Notes: generated by a model not told the origin, from the letters alone. DNA of 64,000 bases from Spirochaetia bacterium (GCA_965225855.1 CBDDCK010000005.1:1696001-1760000), one strand, 5' to 3'. Counted from the stretch's first letter, positions 39,892-51,039 are shown. Translations and numbers: made by a program.

Positions 39892-40977
39892 TTAATCCAA
39901 GCGGACTTCTCGCCCAGTTTGAGCCGATTCTTTAATGGCATCTAAAATGCGTTGCACCTGCAGTGATTCTTCCAGTTTAACTCCTAGCTCTTCTTCACCA
40001 CGGACAGCCCGAACGAAATTGACAAACCGGTCGCAGTGTGGCCACGGCAGCGGTAAACCCGCAAAAGATGATTCTTGCGTGGCACCCCCTTTTAGCTCTA
40101 CATTTAGATTGCTGCGTAAAACCTTATCAAAAGTAAAAATCTTGGCAGGATAGCATTGAGCACCCGCTTCACTGCCGTAAATATCTACATTGTGGAGATC
40201 ATCAAGTTCAGTGTGAGAAGACCAAGAAACATCTAAGGCAACGGTTGCGCCCCCCTTTAGCTTTATCAAAGCGCAAGATAAATCATCGACATCAAAAGCT
40301 ATTCCTGTGTCATCAGACATACCCCAACCACCAAAGCCTATACCGCGATGGGCTAGCTTACTATAAGTAGCACCACTCACCGATTCAGCCTCAAAATTCC
40401 CCATAATGTGGAGGGAGAGGTCTAACATGTGTACGCCTATGTCTAAGATGCAGCCGCCGCCTGCGAGCTTTTGCGAGCCAAACCAAGTACCTTTTTTAGG
40501 GGCACCGCTGCGCCTTCGCCAATAAGCTTTTGAATGGTAAATTTCGCCAAAATAACCTTGGTCTGCTAAGTATTTAATTTTTTGTGAATCCGCTTCAAAC
40601 CGTTGATTTTGGCCAATCATAAACTTCAGCTTTTTGTTTTTCTCTAAAGCTTGGGCTATTTGCTGGCCTTCAACGAAATTCATTGCCATTGGCTTTTCAC
40701 AAATTACATGCTTTCCTGCTTCCAAAGCGGCCAATGATACCGGGATATGATATTTATTGGGCAATGCGATATAGACAACTTCAATATCTTTGTCGCCCAA
40801 TATTTCTTCTACATTCTTATAGATACGCGTGACATTATATTTTTGGGCAAAATCTTTAACCCGCCCTTCATGAATATCGGCTACAGCCAATAGTTCGGCG
40901 ATGTCACTATTATTGTGGAAACCTTCGGCAACACTGCTGGAAATCATTCCCGCGCCGATAATTCCTACTTTGATCAT
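39892..40977 (-). CDS. Gfo/Idh/MocA oxidoreductase
   Basis: GIIGAGMI, GKHVICEKP and GGCILDIGVHMLD. Confidence 0.92.
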   Translation of the reverse strand: MIKVGIIGAGMISSSVAEGFHNNSDIAELLAVADIHEGRVKDFAQKYNVTRIYKNVEEILGDKDIEVVYIALPNKYHIPVSLAALEAGKHVICEKPMAMNFVEGQQIAQALEKNKKLKFMIGQNQRFEADSQKIKYLADQGYFGEIYHSKAYWRRRSGAPKKGTWFGSQKLAGGGCILDIGVHMLDLSLHIMGNFEAESVSGATYSKLAHRGIGFGGWGMSDDTGIAFDVDDLSCALIKLKGGATVALDVSWSSHTELDDLHNVDIYGSEAGAQCYPAKIFTFDKVLRSNLNVELKGGATQESSFAGLPLPWPHCDRFVNFVRAVRGEEELGVKLEESLQVQRILDAIKESAQTGREVRLD

Positions 40978-41052
40978 TCTCGTCTCCTTTATTTGATTGT
41001 TAAAAGCCATTTTTGCCTGTATAAAGGAAAATGGAAAATGGCTTGTTGGTTT

Positions 41053-41871
41053 TTAGCCATTATATTTTTTGAATAGCGTTTGGACTAAAGCAATCCCACT
41101 ATCGGCAAAAGAATCAACATCTTCAGGGTTGTCATTTTCCAAAATGAAAGTGCTTATACCCAGCTCCTTGGCTGCACCAAATATATCTTCAAAATCGACA
41201 ATGCCATCACCTATTCGTGAAGGTTGGCCCCCTTTTTGGGCTGTGGTATTCACCACAACTTCAAGGCCGTCTATCGTTTGCGTTTTTGTTTCAACAGAAT
41301 CTCCACTGTCTTTTTGCAGTATATCTTTAATGTGCAGCAAGGATATACGCTCTTTCCATTGGTGCATTCTCTCGGATACAATGGCCCCACCTGCGGTAAC
41401 CCAACCCACATCTACTTGCCAATGGAGGTCTGGAGCTAGCTCCAACAACCAATCCATAAAACATTTGTCTTCAAATATTTTAGTAATTTCATGGGCATGA
41501 TTATGGTAGTGGAACTGTACCCCAAGACCTTTCAATTTTTGGGCTATATTTTGTAAGCTAGCAGCTAATTCGCGCACTTCCGCTAAACTGTTTGCATCGG
41601 CATAAGGCATGACCAAATCTCGAGCACCGCAGGAAGGTAGTACCTTACCAAGCTCTTCCCAATTTTGCTGAAAAACGTCTAATCCAAAATGAAAAGATTG
41701 GGCTTGCAAGCCATGCTCTTTTAATTTAGCGACAATCTCTTGGGGGCTAAACCCATAAAGCCCCCCAGGTTCTACATAGGAAAGCCCTTTGTTTTTACAA
41801 AAAATTAGCATTTGTTCAAAGGGCATAAAATCCCTAAGTGAGTATGTTTGTAAACTCAATATCATAATCAC
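41053..41871 (-). CDS. Sugar phosphate isomerase/epimerase (AP endonuclease 2 TIM barrel)
   Basis: LQTYSLR, YHNHAHE, VDVGW, LHIKD, GDGIVDF and ILEND. Confidence 0.88.
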   Translation of the reverse strand: MIMILSLQTYSLRDFMPFEQMLIFCKNKGLSYVEPGGLYGFSPQEIVAKLKEHGLQAQSFHFGLDVFQQNWEELGKVLPSCGARDLVMPYADANSLAEVRELAASLQNIAQKLKGLGVQFHYHNHAHEITKIFEDKCFMDWLLELAPDLHWQVDVGWVTAGGAIVSERMHQWKERISLLHIKDILQKDSGDSVETKTQTIDGLEVVVNTTAQKGGQPSRIGDGIVDFEDIFGAAKELGISTFILENDNPEDVDSFADSGIALVQTLFKKYNG

Positions 41872-42172
41872 CTCTTGGTATGATTTTATATATTATCCAT
41901 CAATTGCTGATAGAATCTGCTAAAGTATGATTGAATTTTGTACTTCGTCAAGTTAAATTTACTTTCTATGGTTTACTTTTTATAAATGGAAAAATACATA
42001 GTGCCAGCACAATTATAAGAAGAAATACATGCCGATAAATTTTCATATTGGCCCAACATTGAAGGAATTCCTATATAGCGATATATTACCGAATCACAAT
42101 TTACGAAATAATAACCAAATTCCAAAGAAATGCCATGGTTTCTTATAACGGTGTCTAAAACAGGAATAGAAC

Positions 42173-43603
42173 ATGCAAATAGCAAAATTTGGTGGGACGT
42201 CTTTGGCTAATACCCAAGCCATGATGCAAGTACTGAAAATTATTCAAGCAAAGCTGCAAAAATGTTCAACAAATATAACGCTAGTGTTATCGGCAATGGG
42301 TGGGGTTACCACAACATTGCAGGATTTAGCGGTTCTCAGTTTCCATCATACTAAAAGCAATAGCGATATACGCAAAAAATTATTATTAAAAGAATTAAAG
42401 CCACTGCGAGACCAACATTTTGATACGGCTCAGGCACTATTAACAGAAGGTGCTTATTGCAGCTATTGTGTTTTTGCCGATGAGATTTTTGCCAACATTG
42501 ATTCCATCTTAGAAACCATCGCATTGCAAAATGAATTGACTATTGAATTGCAAGAACTTTTGCTGCCTCAAGGAGAGCTATTATCTTCTAAGCTATTTGC
42601 TCTATATTTGGAAGATAGCGGGATCGATAGTGCATGGTTTGATAGCCGTCATTTTATTATCAGTAAAAAATATAGCGACCGAACAGATGTCGATTTAAAG
42701 GCTTGCCGTGCCAACTGCAGTGCAGTGCGAAAGCAATTGCGCAAAGTAAATGTTTTTCCTGGCTTTATTGCCTCTACTCCTAACGGGCGTACTACCGTAT
42801 TGGGGCGAAATGGTAGCGATTATTCTGCAACTATTTTGGCTTATGCTTTGGAAGCGGTGCTGGTGGAGATTTGGACCGACGTCAGTGGCATTTTGACAAC
42901 AGACCCTCGTATCGTGCCAGAAGCCACCATCATACCGGAAATGAATATTGAAGAAGCTATGGAAATGGCTTATTTTGGGGCGAAAGTAATTCATTCGCAA
43001 ATGTTATTGCCCTTGATTCATTACCCTTGCCCCGTGCGTATTTGTAATACTTTTCAGCCAGAAGAACCCGGCACCATGATTTGGGCAAAAAACTCGAGTG
43101 GAAAGCGTTTGCTAACTGCGATTAGTTATGTCGATGATGCTAGCTTGCTTTTACTAGATGGTATGTTTCTTAGTTCGGTTAAATTTTTATCGCGTGTGTT
43201 TCAAGCTTTTGAGCAAAATAAAGTAGAACCCATTATGATAATACGGGTAACAGCAGATAATAAACTTTGCCTCTCCATTTATAAAAGCCAAATAGAAATG
43301 GCGATTTTAGCCATTTCCAATGAATTTGAGCGCGAATTGAATAATGGCGATTTTGCTCCTCCTACAGAGGAACCGGATATTAGTATTATTTCTATTATAG
43401 GGGAGCAGATGCGCGGTAAAGTTGGTACAGTAGGGGGGATATTTAGTGGTTTGGCTGAATTGGGTATTAATATTTTAGCAATAGGACAAGATGTTACGGA
43501 AAACAATATTTCTTTTATTATTAAGCAGAAAGATCAAGGAAAAACTATACGGTTTTTGCATCATAATTACCTTGGCAAACGCCCTGTGGATATGGTAGAT
43601 TAG
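42173..43603 (+). CDS. lysC: Aspartate kinase with two ACT domains
   Basis: KFGGTS, LGRNGSDYSA, WTDVSG..DPR and YFGAKVIH; no homoserine dehydrogenase domain. Confidence 0.88.
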   Translation: MQIAKFGGTSLANTQAMMQVLKIIQAKLQKCSTNITLVLSAMGGVTTTLQDLAVLSFHHTKSNSDIRKKLLLKELKPLRDQHFDTAQALLTEGAYCSYCVFADEIFANIDSILETIALQNELTIELQELLLPQGELLSSKLFALYLEDSGIDSAWFDSRHFIISKKYSDRTDVDLKACRANCSAVRKQLRKVNVFPGFIASTPNGRTTVLGRNGSDYSATILAYALEAVLVEIWTDVSGILTTDPRIVPEATIIPEMNIEEAMEMAYFGAKVIHSQMLLPLIHYPCPVRICNTFQPEEPGTMIWAKNSSGKRLLTAISYVDDASLLLLDGMFLSSVKFLSRVFQAFEQNKVEPIMIIRVTADNKLCLSIYKSQIEMAILAISNEFERELNNGDFAPPTEEPDISIISIIGEQMRGKVGTVGGIFSGLAELGINILAIGQDVTENNISFIIKQKDQGKTIRFLHHNYLGKRPVDMVD

Positions 43604-46455
43604 TGGAAAATTATTATAACAATCGTGCCTATGTTGTCGGTTTGGAAATTTTCTTTCTCAACAAGTTGTATAAACTGCGGCACAATATCCTTGCAAAATA
43701 TTTAGAGCAAATTCAGTTAGCTGCTGCTAAGTTTGACTTGGACTATGAAGAATATATAGAATCGAGTTACATACTGTTTAAAACAAAAAACACACGATTG
43801 AGTAGTTTAATTAAAGTATTAAAATTTGCTTTGAAGTTAAAAGAAGTTTTTACAGATTCTAAGAGTATTTTTGAATTTAATATTTTAATATTTAAGACAA
43901 GTATGAATTCTCGATTGATTACGCAAAAAATCCGTAATTATGTACTTAAAATTCCTTCTGATAATAAAGTATGGTTATTATCAGAACATAACCCTGTTAT
44001 CAATTACAATGCTCAGTTATCCGCTTGCGATCAAAATATCCAAGAAGTTTTAGCCATTACGGAAAGGCATTCCCAACAAAATTTATTGGAAAAACTTCAA
44101 GAAGAAATTTTGCTTCATGTTGACCTAATTCATATTGTCAATAAATATTTAGAAAACAAACAAACATGTATTGTGGGGATTTTGGGCAAACCGAATACAG
44201 GGAAAACAGCATTTTTAAAATGGTTTTGTCGTCAAAATAAAATGATGAGATTTGTTTATTTAACAGCACATAGTCCATATCAAGAAGCATGTTATCCATT
44301 TGTGATGTTGTTGTACCAAATGAAAAAATATTTTTCCCCTTGTTTTCGAGATAGCCAAAAAGAGCGGCTGGAAAATCTACTACAACAAATCCAATTAACC
44401 AATGTATTGAATTATAAACAGCTTGAAGTGGATATTTATGATTTACTGCAATATTTAGCAGAGCAAAGCAATGTCGTTCTAGCTTGTGATAATTTAGATA
44501 ATTGGCCTATCGAATCTGTAGAATTATTGAAATTGCTCTACCAAAAACTAAGTGATGCTAAAATCCCATTGAAACTGGTTTGTAACATGACGGGGGATTA
44601 TTATCCCATGATAATAGATGAGACTATTCATTTCCCTCAGCAATATTTTGAACGTATCAGTGGTAATAATGGGCAGAGGCCTATTCCATCTTTGGTTAAA
44701 TGCGGGCTTTCGATTAAGGAAAAGCTTTTGGCTATATTGCCTAGCGAAAGAAAAGATATACGCAAGTATTCCAATTTTGGGACTTTATTGATGGAAGGAT
44801 TGAAAAAACAAGAATTGATTATTTTAGCCATTATTCAAAAATATCCCTATGTTTTTAATCACAAAATATTAGCAGAAGTTTTTCAAGACTCGATAATTTA
44901 TGAAATAGTTGATCATTTATTGGACTATTACTTTTTATTAGAAGTAAAAGACCATTTCGGTAGGCATTTATTTTGTGTCTTAAATAATGGAATGTACTCC
45001 CTAGATATTGATATACCCCCCCATATTAAAAATAATATAATCAACTATTTTCAGCATGAAATTTCTTATGCCAAAGCAAACATCTATTCTCTATACATAT
45101 TAGCTCAAAATAATATTTTCTTTTATGAAATTTTGGAATACTATCTTTATCAAATGTTGTCTTATGGATTTCCTAAAACAGTACAACATTTTATCAATAG
45201 TAATATTTTCCAAGATTATGACTCTTCAATCAAAATATGGGATTTGATGTATAAAAAAAGCCGAGCTGATTTAATTCAGTTTCAAGATTTTTTTGGCAAT
45301 TATGCGTTAGATAAAAGTAACATCCGTTTTATGTTGCCTCTATCTTATTATTACTATGATATTTCAGATTATGAAAAGGCATTGGAAATAAATAGAGAAT
45401 CAATTTATTTGTTTAATAATAATCCGCTATACAGTATTTATATTAACAAGGTCTTTTTTATTCAGGCTAAAATATTTATTGCAAAATGTATGTTTAAAGA
45501 AGCTATTGAGTATATCAATATCGGGCAAGAATCTTTACAACATGAAAGGTCGTCTCCTCTATTTTATCAATTTATTTATTTAAAAGTACTTTGCTTGTTT
45601 TTTGAGAAAGAATTACATTCTGCAATTTCTATTATTGAAAAATATAATTTCAATGAATATTTAGAATTATATGGAGAAATAGAAAGTTATTTTCAAATTC
45701 AATTGCTAATTATGAGAATATATTTTGAAATCGGTGAATACATGATGGCAAAAGAAATATTGATAAGATTGATCGATTTGGCAGAATATTATCATTATGA
45801 AAAATATTTTCAGTCAATCAGCTGTTGGGTAGCAAGGCTCTATTTTTATGCAGGAGATTTTCAGCAAGGGTTTGGATTTATAGAATCTATAGAGGATTGT
45901 GAAGAGAAATTATATTTTTTGAGTGAAGGCTATTATTTTTCTGGTGGGAAATCCAAGGCACTCCAGTATGCAGTATTAGCTTTAAAGTTATCTCTTGGAA
46001 AATCTGCAGAAAGAAAAAATGTAGGTTCTAAGGAGTTTGATAATATTTATTCTCTTCAAGAAGGTGTTTTACTTTGCTGTGATGGCAAAAAAGACCCATT
46101 GTTAGTTTCTATAAAAGGTATAGCTGCTTATTTCCATACTTTTTATGGAAATAAAGATACGGCGAATAAAATATTAAATCAAATTACAGAGCGACCATCT
46201 GCAGTATTTAGCCCATTTCAGCATATTTTCCATTATTTTTATTATTTGTATTTAAATGAGCATTCTGAAAATAATAATCGCGAAGATATTTTATATTTGA
46301 GTTATGCTATTTCTATATTACAAAATGAGTCTTCAAAAATTTTAAATACGAAAATCCGCTATCATTATATATATAAAAATTATTGGAATAATCTACTTTC
46401 TAAAAAAGGTGAAGAGCATAACTTGTTGATTTTAGGTAATTCTCGCTCTAGGTAA
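43603..46455 (+). CDS. Large P-loop NTPase / helical-repeat hypothetical protein
   Basis: 950 aa; Walker A GKPNTGKT; Walker B-like VLACDNLD; TPR-like C-terminal half; very AT-rich. Confidence 0.7.
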   Translation: MENYYNNRAYVVGLEIFFLNKLYKLRHNILAKYLEQIQLAAAKFDLDYEEYIESSYILFKTKNTRLSSLIKVLKFALKLKEVFTDSKSIFEFNILIFKTSMNSRLITQKIRNYVLKIPSDNKVWLLSEHNPVINYNAQLSACDQNIQEVLAITERHSQQNLLEKLQEEILLHVDLIHIVNKYLENKQTCIVGILGKPNTGKTAFLKWFCRQNKMMRFVYLTAHSPYQEACYPFVMLLYQMKKYFSPCFRDSQKERLENLLQQIQLTNVLNYKQLEVDIYDLLQYLAEQSNVVLACDNLDNWPIESVELLKLLYQKLSDAKIPLKLVCNMTGDYYPMIIDETIHFPQQYFERISGNNGQRPIPSLVKCGLSIKEKLLAILPSERKDIRKYSNFGTLLMEGLKKQELIILAIIQKYPYVFNHKILAEVFQDSIIYEIVDHLLDYYFLLEVKDHFGRHLFCVLNNGMYSLDIDIPPHIKNNIINYFQHEISYAKANIYSLYILAQNNIFFYEILEYYLYQMLSYGFPKTVQHFINSNIFQDYDSSIKIWDLMYKKSRADLIQFQDFFGNYALDKSNIRFMLPLSYYYYDISDYEKALEINRESIYLFNNNPLYSIYINKVFFIQAKIFIAKCMFKEAIEYINIGQESLQHERSSPLFYQFIYLKVLCLFFEKELHSAISIIEKYNFNEYLELYGEIESYFQIQLLIMRIYFEIGEYMMAKEILIRLIDLAEYYHYEKYFQSISCWVARLYFYAGDFQQGFGFIESIEDCEEKLYFLSEGYYFSGGKSKALQYAVLALKLSLGKSAERKNVGSKEFDNIYSLQEGVLLCCDGKKDPLLVSIKGIAAYFHTFYGNKDTANKILNQITERPSAVFSPFQHIFHYFYYLYLNEHSENNNREDILYLSYAISILQNESSKILNTKIRYHYIYKNYWNNLLSKKGEEHNLLILGNSRSR

Positions 46456-46457
46456 GA

Positions 46458-47279
46458 TTGATGCTTGTTATTAAATGTGGTGGTGCTAGTTTGCCAAAAT
46501 TAAGCCAGAGTTTTGCTGAATTTGTGGATATTTGGTATAGGCGGGAGTCTGTTGTGCTCGTTCATGGTGGTGGCCCAGCTATCAATGAGTTAGAGCAAAA
46601 ATTGTGTTTGTCTCCTCAATTTAGCCATTGTGGCCGGCGGATTACCAATACAGAAACCCTCGATGTTGTTATTCAAATTATTTGTGGTAAAATAAATAGC
46701 TGGTTAGTATCGTTGCTTGTAACTAGTGGAGTGCCAGCTTTTGGGCTATCTGGTTTCGATGGTGGTTTGTTGCGGGCCAAACTGAAAGATTATCATTCAT
46801 TAGGTTGGGTTGGGGAAATAGTTGAGGTTCGGACTGAAATATTGGAAAATCTTTGTCAGCAAGGTTTTTTACCTGTAGTTGCTCCCGTATCTTTACAAAT
46901 GGCTGGAGTAAATAGCGAAAAAAATAGTTTTATATCTCCAAGAAATTTACTAAATGTAAATGCTGATGATGCTGCTATTGCTATTGCTATTGCATTGGGT
47001 GCTAAAAATATGGTTTTCATTAGCGACATACCGGGAATTTTGAATAGAGAAAAAAAATTACAAACCGATGTAAGTGAATTACAAATTAAAGAAATGATTG
47101 GATCCGGTGAGATATATGGAGGAATGATTCCAAAAGTAAAAGGGGCGCTGGCCGTGTTAAAAGATAAGCGCAATTCTTTAGAGAAAGTGTATATTATTGA
47201 TGGAACTGCAAGTTCATTACTGCATGGCTATTCTTCTGATTTATTCGAGTGCCTTAGAGGAACGTGTATTCATTTGTGA
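46458..47279 (+). CDS. argB: Acetylglutamate kinase
   Basis: VIKCGG, VHGGGPAI, NVNADDAA and GGMIPKV. Confidence 0.93.
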   Translation: MMLVIKCGGASLPKLSQSFAEFVDIWYRRESVVLVHGGGPAINELEQKLCLSPQFSHCGRRITNTETLDVVIQIICGKINSWLVSLLVTSGVPAFGLSGFDGGLLRAKLKDYHSLGWVGEIVEVRTEILENLCQQGFLPVVAPVSLQMAGVNSEKNSFISPRNLLNVNADDAAIAIAIALGAKNMVFISDIPGILNREKKLQTDVSELQIKEMIGSGEIYGGMIPKVKGALAVLKDKRNSLEKVYIIDGTASSLLHGYSSDLFECLRGTCIHL

Positions 47280-47619
47280 TATTTTCAAAAATTTATTATT
47301 TATTGTATATTACAAATTTTTGAATTCTAATAGCCCTAATTGGCTTCCCGTATTTACCAAGGCTATAATTGGCAAAAGCAGCCTTAATAAAAAAATTTAC
47401 AGCCTTGACAAAAAAATTTGTAGCCTTAATAAATTTTTTTCCAGCCTTGGTATTTTCTCCATACCAAGGCTATAATTGGCCAATGCAAGCATTGCAACAA
47501 CAAGATACAGCCTAATAAGCCCAACAAAAAAGCCAACCAAGCATTGCTTACCGCATTTACTTGGTTGGCCGCCAGCCAGCTTTCACTTAGCTGCTATAAG
47601 AGCTATTGGGCAAGCGCAG

Positions 47620-50109
47620 TCAAAAATTATTAACAATAATATAATTTAATGTTGTGTCTGCTGGACTACCAATTACAAATCCTGCTGCTGCTTCAAGGTT
47701 GTATTGACCATTAGCATTTTGAGCACCAATCGTATCAAGTATAGCATTGGCTTTGGCTTTTTCAGTACCGCTTAAAGTAATCGTTAAGCTGCCTCTACTT
47801 GCACGAGAACCTGTGGCTCTGTTTTCACCTACAGTTGAGTGCCGTGGTAATGTGTATTTCTTCTTACCATCACCGGATACAATCGTCAATTTGCTGAAGT
47901 CCCACTCTTCAACTGTTGTCGGTAAATTACTACCGTAAATCACTAACACGCCTGTACGATAATTGTATGATAAGTTATTGATTATGGCTACACGCCTACC
48001 ACTAACGGTAATAGGGTTATTGCTTGTGTCTGCTGCCCTACCACCGGCAAATCCTGCTGCTGCTTCCAGGTTGTATGCACCAGTATCATCACTATCACCA
48101 TTCTTAACCAATATATCTATGGCTTTCGTGAATTCACTACTATTTAAAGTAATCGTTAAGCTTGTTGCACTTGCTGCAGAACCTTCGGCTCTGCCTTTAT
48201 TAAAGGGCCAGGGGGGTAATGTCAATCTCTTAGTACCATCACCGGATACAAGCGTCAATTTGCTAAAGTCCCAGCCTGTAACTGCTTTTGGTAAATTGAC
48301 ACCTGTAATCACTAACACGCCTGTAACAACATTGTAGGTTGCACTGGTAATTGCGGGTGGGTTTCCACTAACGGCCAAGGCTTTGGCTGTATCTAAACCC
48401 GCCCAAGCACCAGTGCCAACGCTAAGCAACCCATCTTTTAGACCATTGCTATCCATACCTGTTTTGCCATTCAGAGTAGCTTTATCGGCATCGGTAAGTT
48501 TCAGCCAAAGCGCTGTGCCAGCGCTATGCAGGCGGTACTTACCTTTTGCAAGACCGCGACTATCTGGCCCAGTGGCTGTGGCATCTGCAATATAGGAACT
48601 TAAGGCTAGGCCATCTACCACGATGGTTTGGATTTGGGCTTGGGTCGCACTACCTAAGTCAGTACCTTGTACAGTTAACAGCGCCGTGCCAACATTGTAG
48701 CTTGCACGGGTAATTGCGGGGTTACCACTAACGGCCAAGGCTTTGGCTGTATTTAAACCCGCCCAAGCACCAGTGCCAACGCTAAGCAACCCATCTTTTA
48801 GACCATTGCTATCCATACCTGTCTTGCCATTCAGAGTAGTTTTATGTCGATCGGTAAGGTAAAGCCAAAGCTCTGTGCCAGCGCTATGCAGGCGGTACTT
48901 ACCTTTTGCAAGACTGCGACTATCTGGCCCAGTGGCTGTGCCATCTGCAGTATAGGAACTTAAGGCTAAGCCATCTACCGTGATGGTTTGGATTTGGGCT
49001 TGGGTCGCACTACCTAAGTGAGTACCTTGTACAGTTAGCAGAGCCGTGCCAACATTGTAGCTTGCACCGGTAATTGTAGCTTCGGGGTTTCCACTAACGG
49101 CCAAGTCTTTGGCTGTATCTAAACCCGCCCAAGTACCAGTGCCAACGCTAAGCAACCCTTCTCTTAGACCATTGCTATCCATACCTGTCTTGCCATTCAG
49201 AGTAGTTTTATGTTGATCGGTAAGGTAAAGCCAAAGCGCTGTGCCAGCGTTTGCAATGCGGTATTTACCTTTTGCAAGACCACGACTATCTGGCCCAGTG
49301 GCATCGTCATCTGCAGTATAGGAACTTAAGGCTAAGCCATCTACCGTAATGGTTTGGATTTGGGCTTGGGTCGCAGTTGTAGCACTTAAGTGAGTACCTT
49401 GCAAGGTTAACAGCGCCGTGCCAACATGGTAGGTTGCACGGGTAATTGCAGCTTCGGGTAGTTCAGGCGACTCTTCTTCGACTTCTTCAGCTTGTTCGAC
49501 TTCAGTTTGCTTAGGCGACTCTTCTTCAGCTTGTTCGACTTCAGTTTGCTTAGGCGACTCTTCTTCAGCTTGTTCGTCTTGTTCGTCTTCTTCAGCTTGC
49601 TTAGATGGCTGATTGTCATCGGATACTTTAGACTGCTTATTTTCGGGTACATTCCTAACGTCCAAGTCTTTAGGTGTATTTAAACCCGCCCAAGCACCAG
49701 AGCCAACGCTAAGCAACCCATCTTTTCTACCATTGCTACCCACCTTGGCCTCAAGAACAGCTTTATGTCGATCGGTAAGTCTAAGCCAAATCGCTGTGCC
49801 ATCGCTTTTAATACGGTACTTACCTTGTTCAAGACCGTTACTATCTGGCCCAGTGGCTGGGTCATCTGCAGTATAGGAATCTAAAGCTATGCCATCTACT
49901 ACGATGGTTTGGATTTGGGCTTCTGTAGGACTTAAGTCAGTACCTTGTACGGTTAACAGAGCCGTAGCAAAGTCGTAGATGGCATTATTGATAGACGGCC
50001 CAGAAGATGGCCCAGAAGATCGATCATCGTCATCGGGTGGTGCGCAGGCCAAGGCCATAAAGGCCAGTAGCAGTGCTACAGGCAATAAAAATAGTTTGAG
50101 CTTATACAT
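47620..50109 (-). CDS. Modular surface lipoprotein, paralog 3 (A-linker-A-A-A-B-B)
   Basis: Same leader and lipobox; three near-identical tandem A domains (~360-bp period); 39-bp linker repeats. Confidence 0.9.
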   Translation of the reverse strand: MYKLKLFLLPVALLLAFMALACAPPDDDDRSSGPSSGPSINNAIYDFATALLTVQGTDLSPTEAQIQTIVVDGIALDSYTADDPATGPDSNGLEQGKYRIKSDGTAIWLRLTDRHKAVLEAKVGSNGRKDGLLSVGSGAWAGLNTPKDLDVRNVPENKQSKVSDDNQPSKQAEEDEQDEQAEEESPKQTEVEQAEEESPKQTEVEQAEEVEEESPELPEAAITRATYHVGTALLTLQGTHLSATTATQAQIQTITVDGLALSSYTADDDATGPDSRGLAKGKYRIANAGTALWLYLTDQHKTTLNGKTGMDSNGLREGLLSVGTGTWAGLDTAKDLAVSGNPEATITGASYNVGTALLTVQGTHLGSATQAQIQTITVDGLALSSYTADGTATGPDSRSLAKGKYRLHSAGTELWLYLTDRHKTTLNGKTGMDSNGLKDGLLSVGTGAWAGLNTAKALAVSGNPAITRASYNVGTALLTVQGTDLGSATQAQIQTIVVDGLALSSYIADATATGPDSRGLAKGKYRLHSAGTALWLKLTDADKATLNGKTGMDSNGLKDGLLSVGTGAWAGLDTAKALAVSGNPPAITSATYNVVTGVLVITGVNLPKAVTGWDFSKLTLVSGDGTKRLTLPPWPFNKGRAEGSAASATSLTITLNSSEFTKAIDILVKNGDSDDTGAYNLEAAAGFAGGRAADTSNNPITVSGRRVAIINNLSYNYRTGVLVIYGSNLPTTVEEWDFSKLTIVSGDGKKKYTLPRHSTVGENRATGSRASRGSLTITLSGTEKAKANAILDTIGAQNANGQYNLEAAAGFVIGSPADTTLNYIIVNNF

Positions 50110-51039
50110 AAGCAATACCTCCAACAATGGATAAAGATTAACCAACCCATACGGGCTAGTCTGTAAATCCCCATTTTGCTAGGGGGGGTGTTGCGTCAAG
50201 GCCTATACAAGCTTTTTGTAAGTTTTTTTATGTTTGGGCACTTTTTTTGTGTGTTAGTGTTGTAAGGTGGTTCAAAATCCATGCCAATCAAAAGGCTTGA
50301 GGGTATGCGATAGCAGGCGCAACGCCAACCATGCCAACCATTGGGCGGTATCAATATATCGCAGTTGGGGTCATCGGCCCGCAATATATAGCCAGATATT
50401 GTGCAAGTCGTCTAAAATGCCAGCATTGACGCTGTGGGCTACGGTGAAAGAATGGACATACTGGCCCTATTTGAGGTCGTCCCAGTTTTGGCTTTTTACG
50501 ATGTTTTTGGGTTTTAGCAAGTCTATGGCCTGCTTATTTTTATGGTTTTTAGTGCCTTGCTATGATATAACTTTCCGCCTTCGATCAATACCTTACTCCA
50601 ATGTGGATCAAGGCCTTGATCCAAGTTGGAAAGTTATATTGCACCAATGCGGAACAAGACTTTATACCAAGGCGGAAAGCTATATTGCAGCAAGACAGGC
50701 GATGACTTGTAGATTGGCATCGGCAAACCAATTGCCCAATTGCGTTTGTATGGCTATTTCGGTTTGTTGCTTTGGATTGTTGGTTGGGGCTGGGGCAGTT
50801 ATTGGGTGGGGACGGTGGGGTGGTGCTTGGGGGTGGGGCAGTGATTGGTTTGGTGTTGGGGTGGGCTAACACCCAACAAGCGTAATGCATATTATATGGT
50901 AGTGGAGATACAGAAAGTAATTGGGTTTATGTATATGTTAGATAGTTCATTGATTCACATTTTTCTCATACAGGCAGTTTCTTACGAAACCGCCTTTTTT
51001 GTTTGGATTGCTGTTTTTTATTGTTTAGGTGTTTGTTAC

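Noticed and set aside
50267..50890. 200-aa and 101-aa ORFs upstream of paralog 3
   Set aside because: They span palindromic repeats and the G-rich tract and give low-complexity, motif-free translations; likely spurious.
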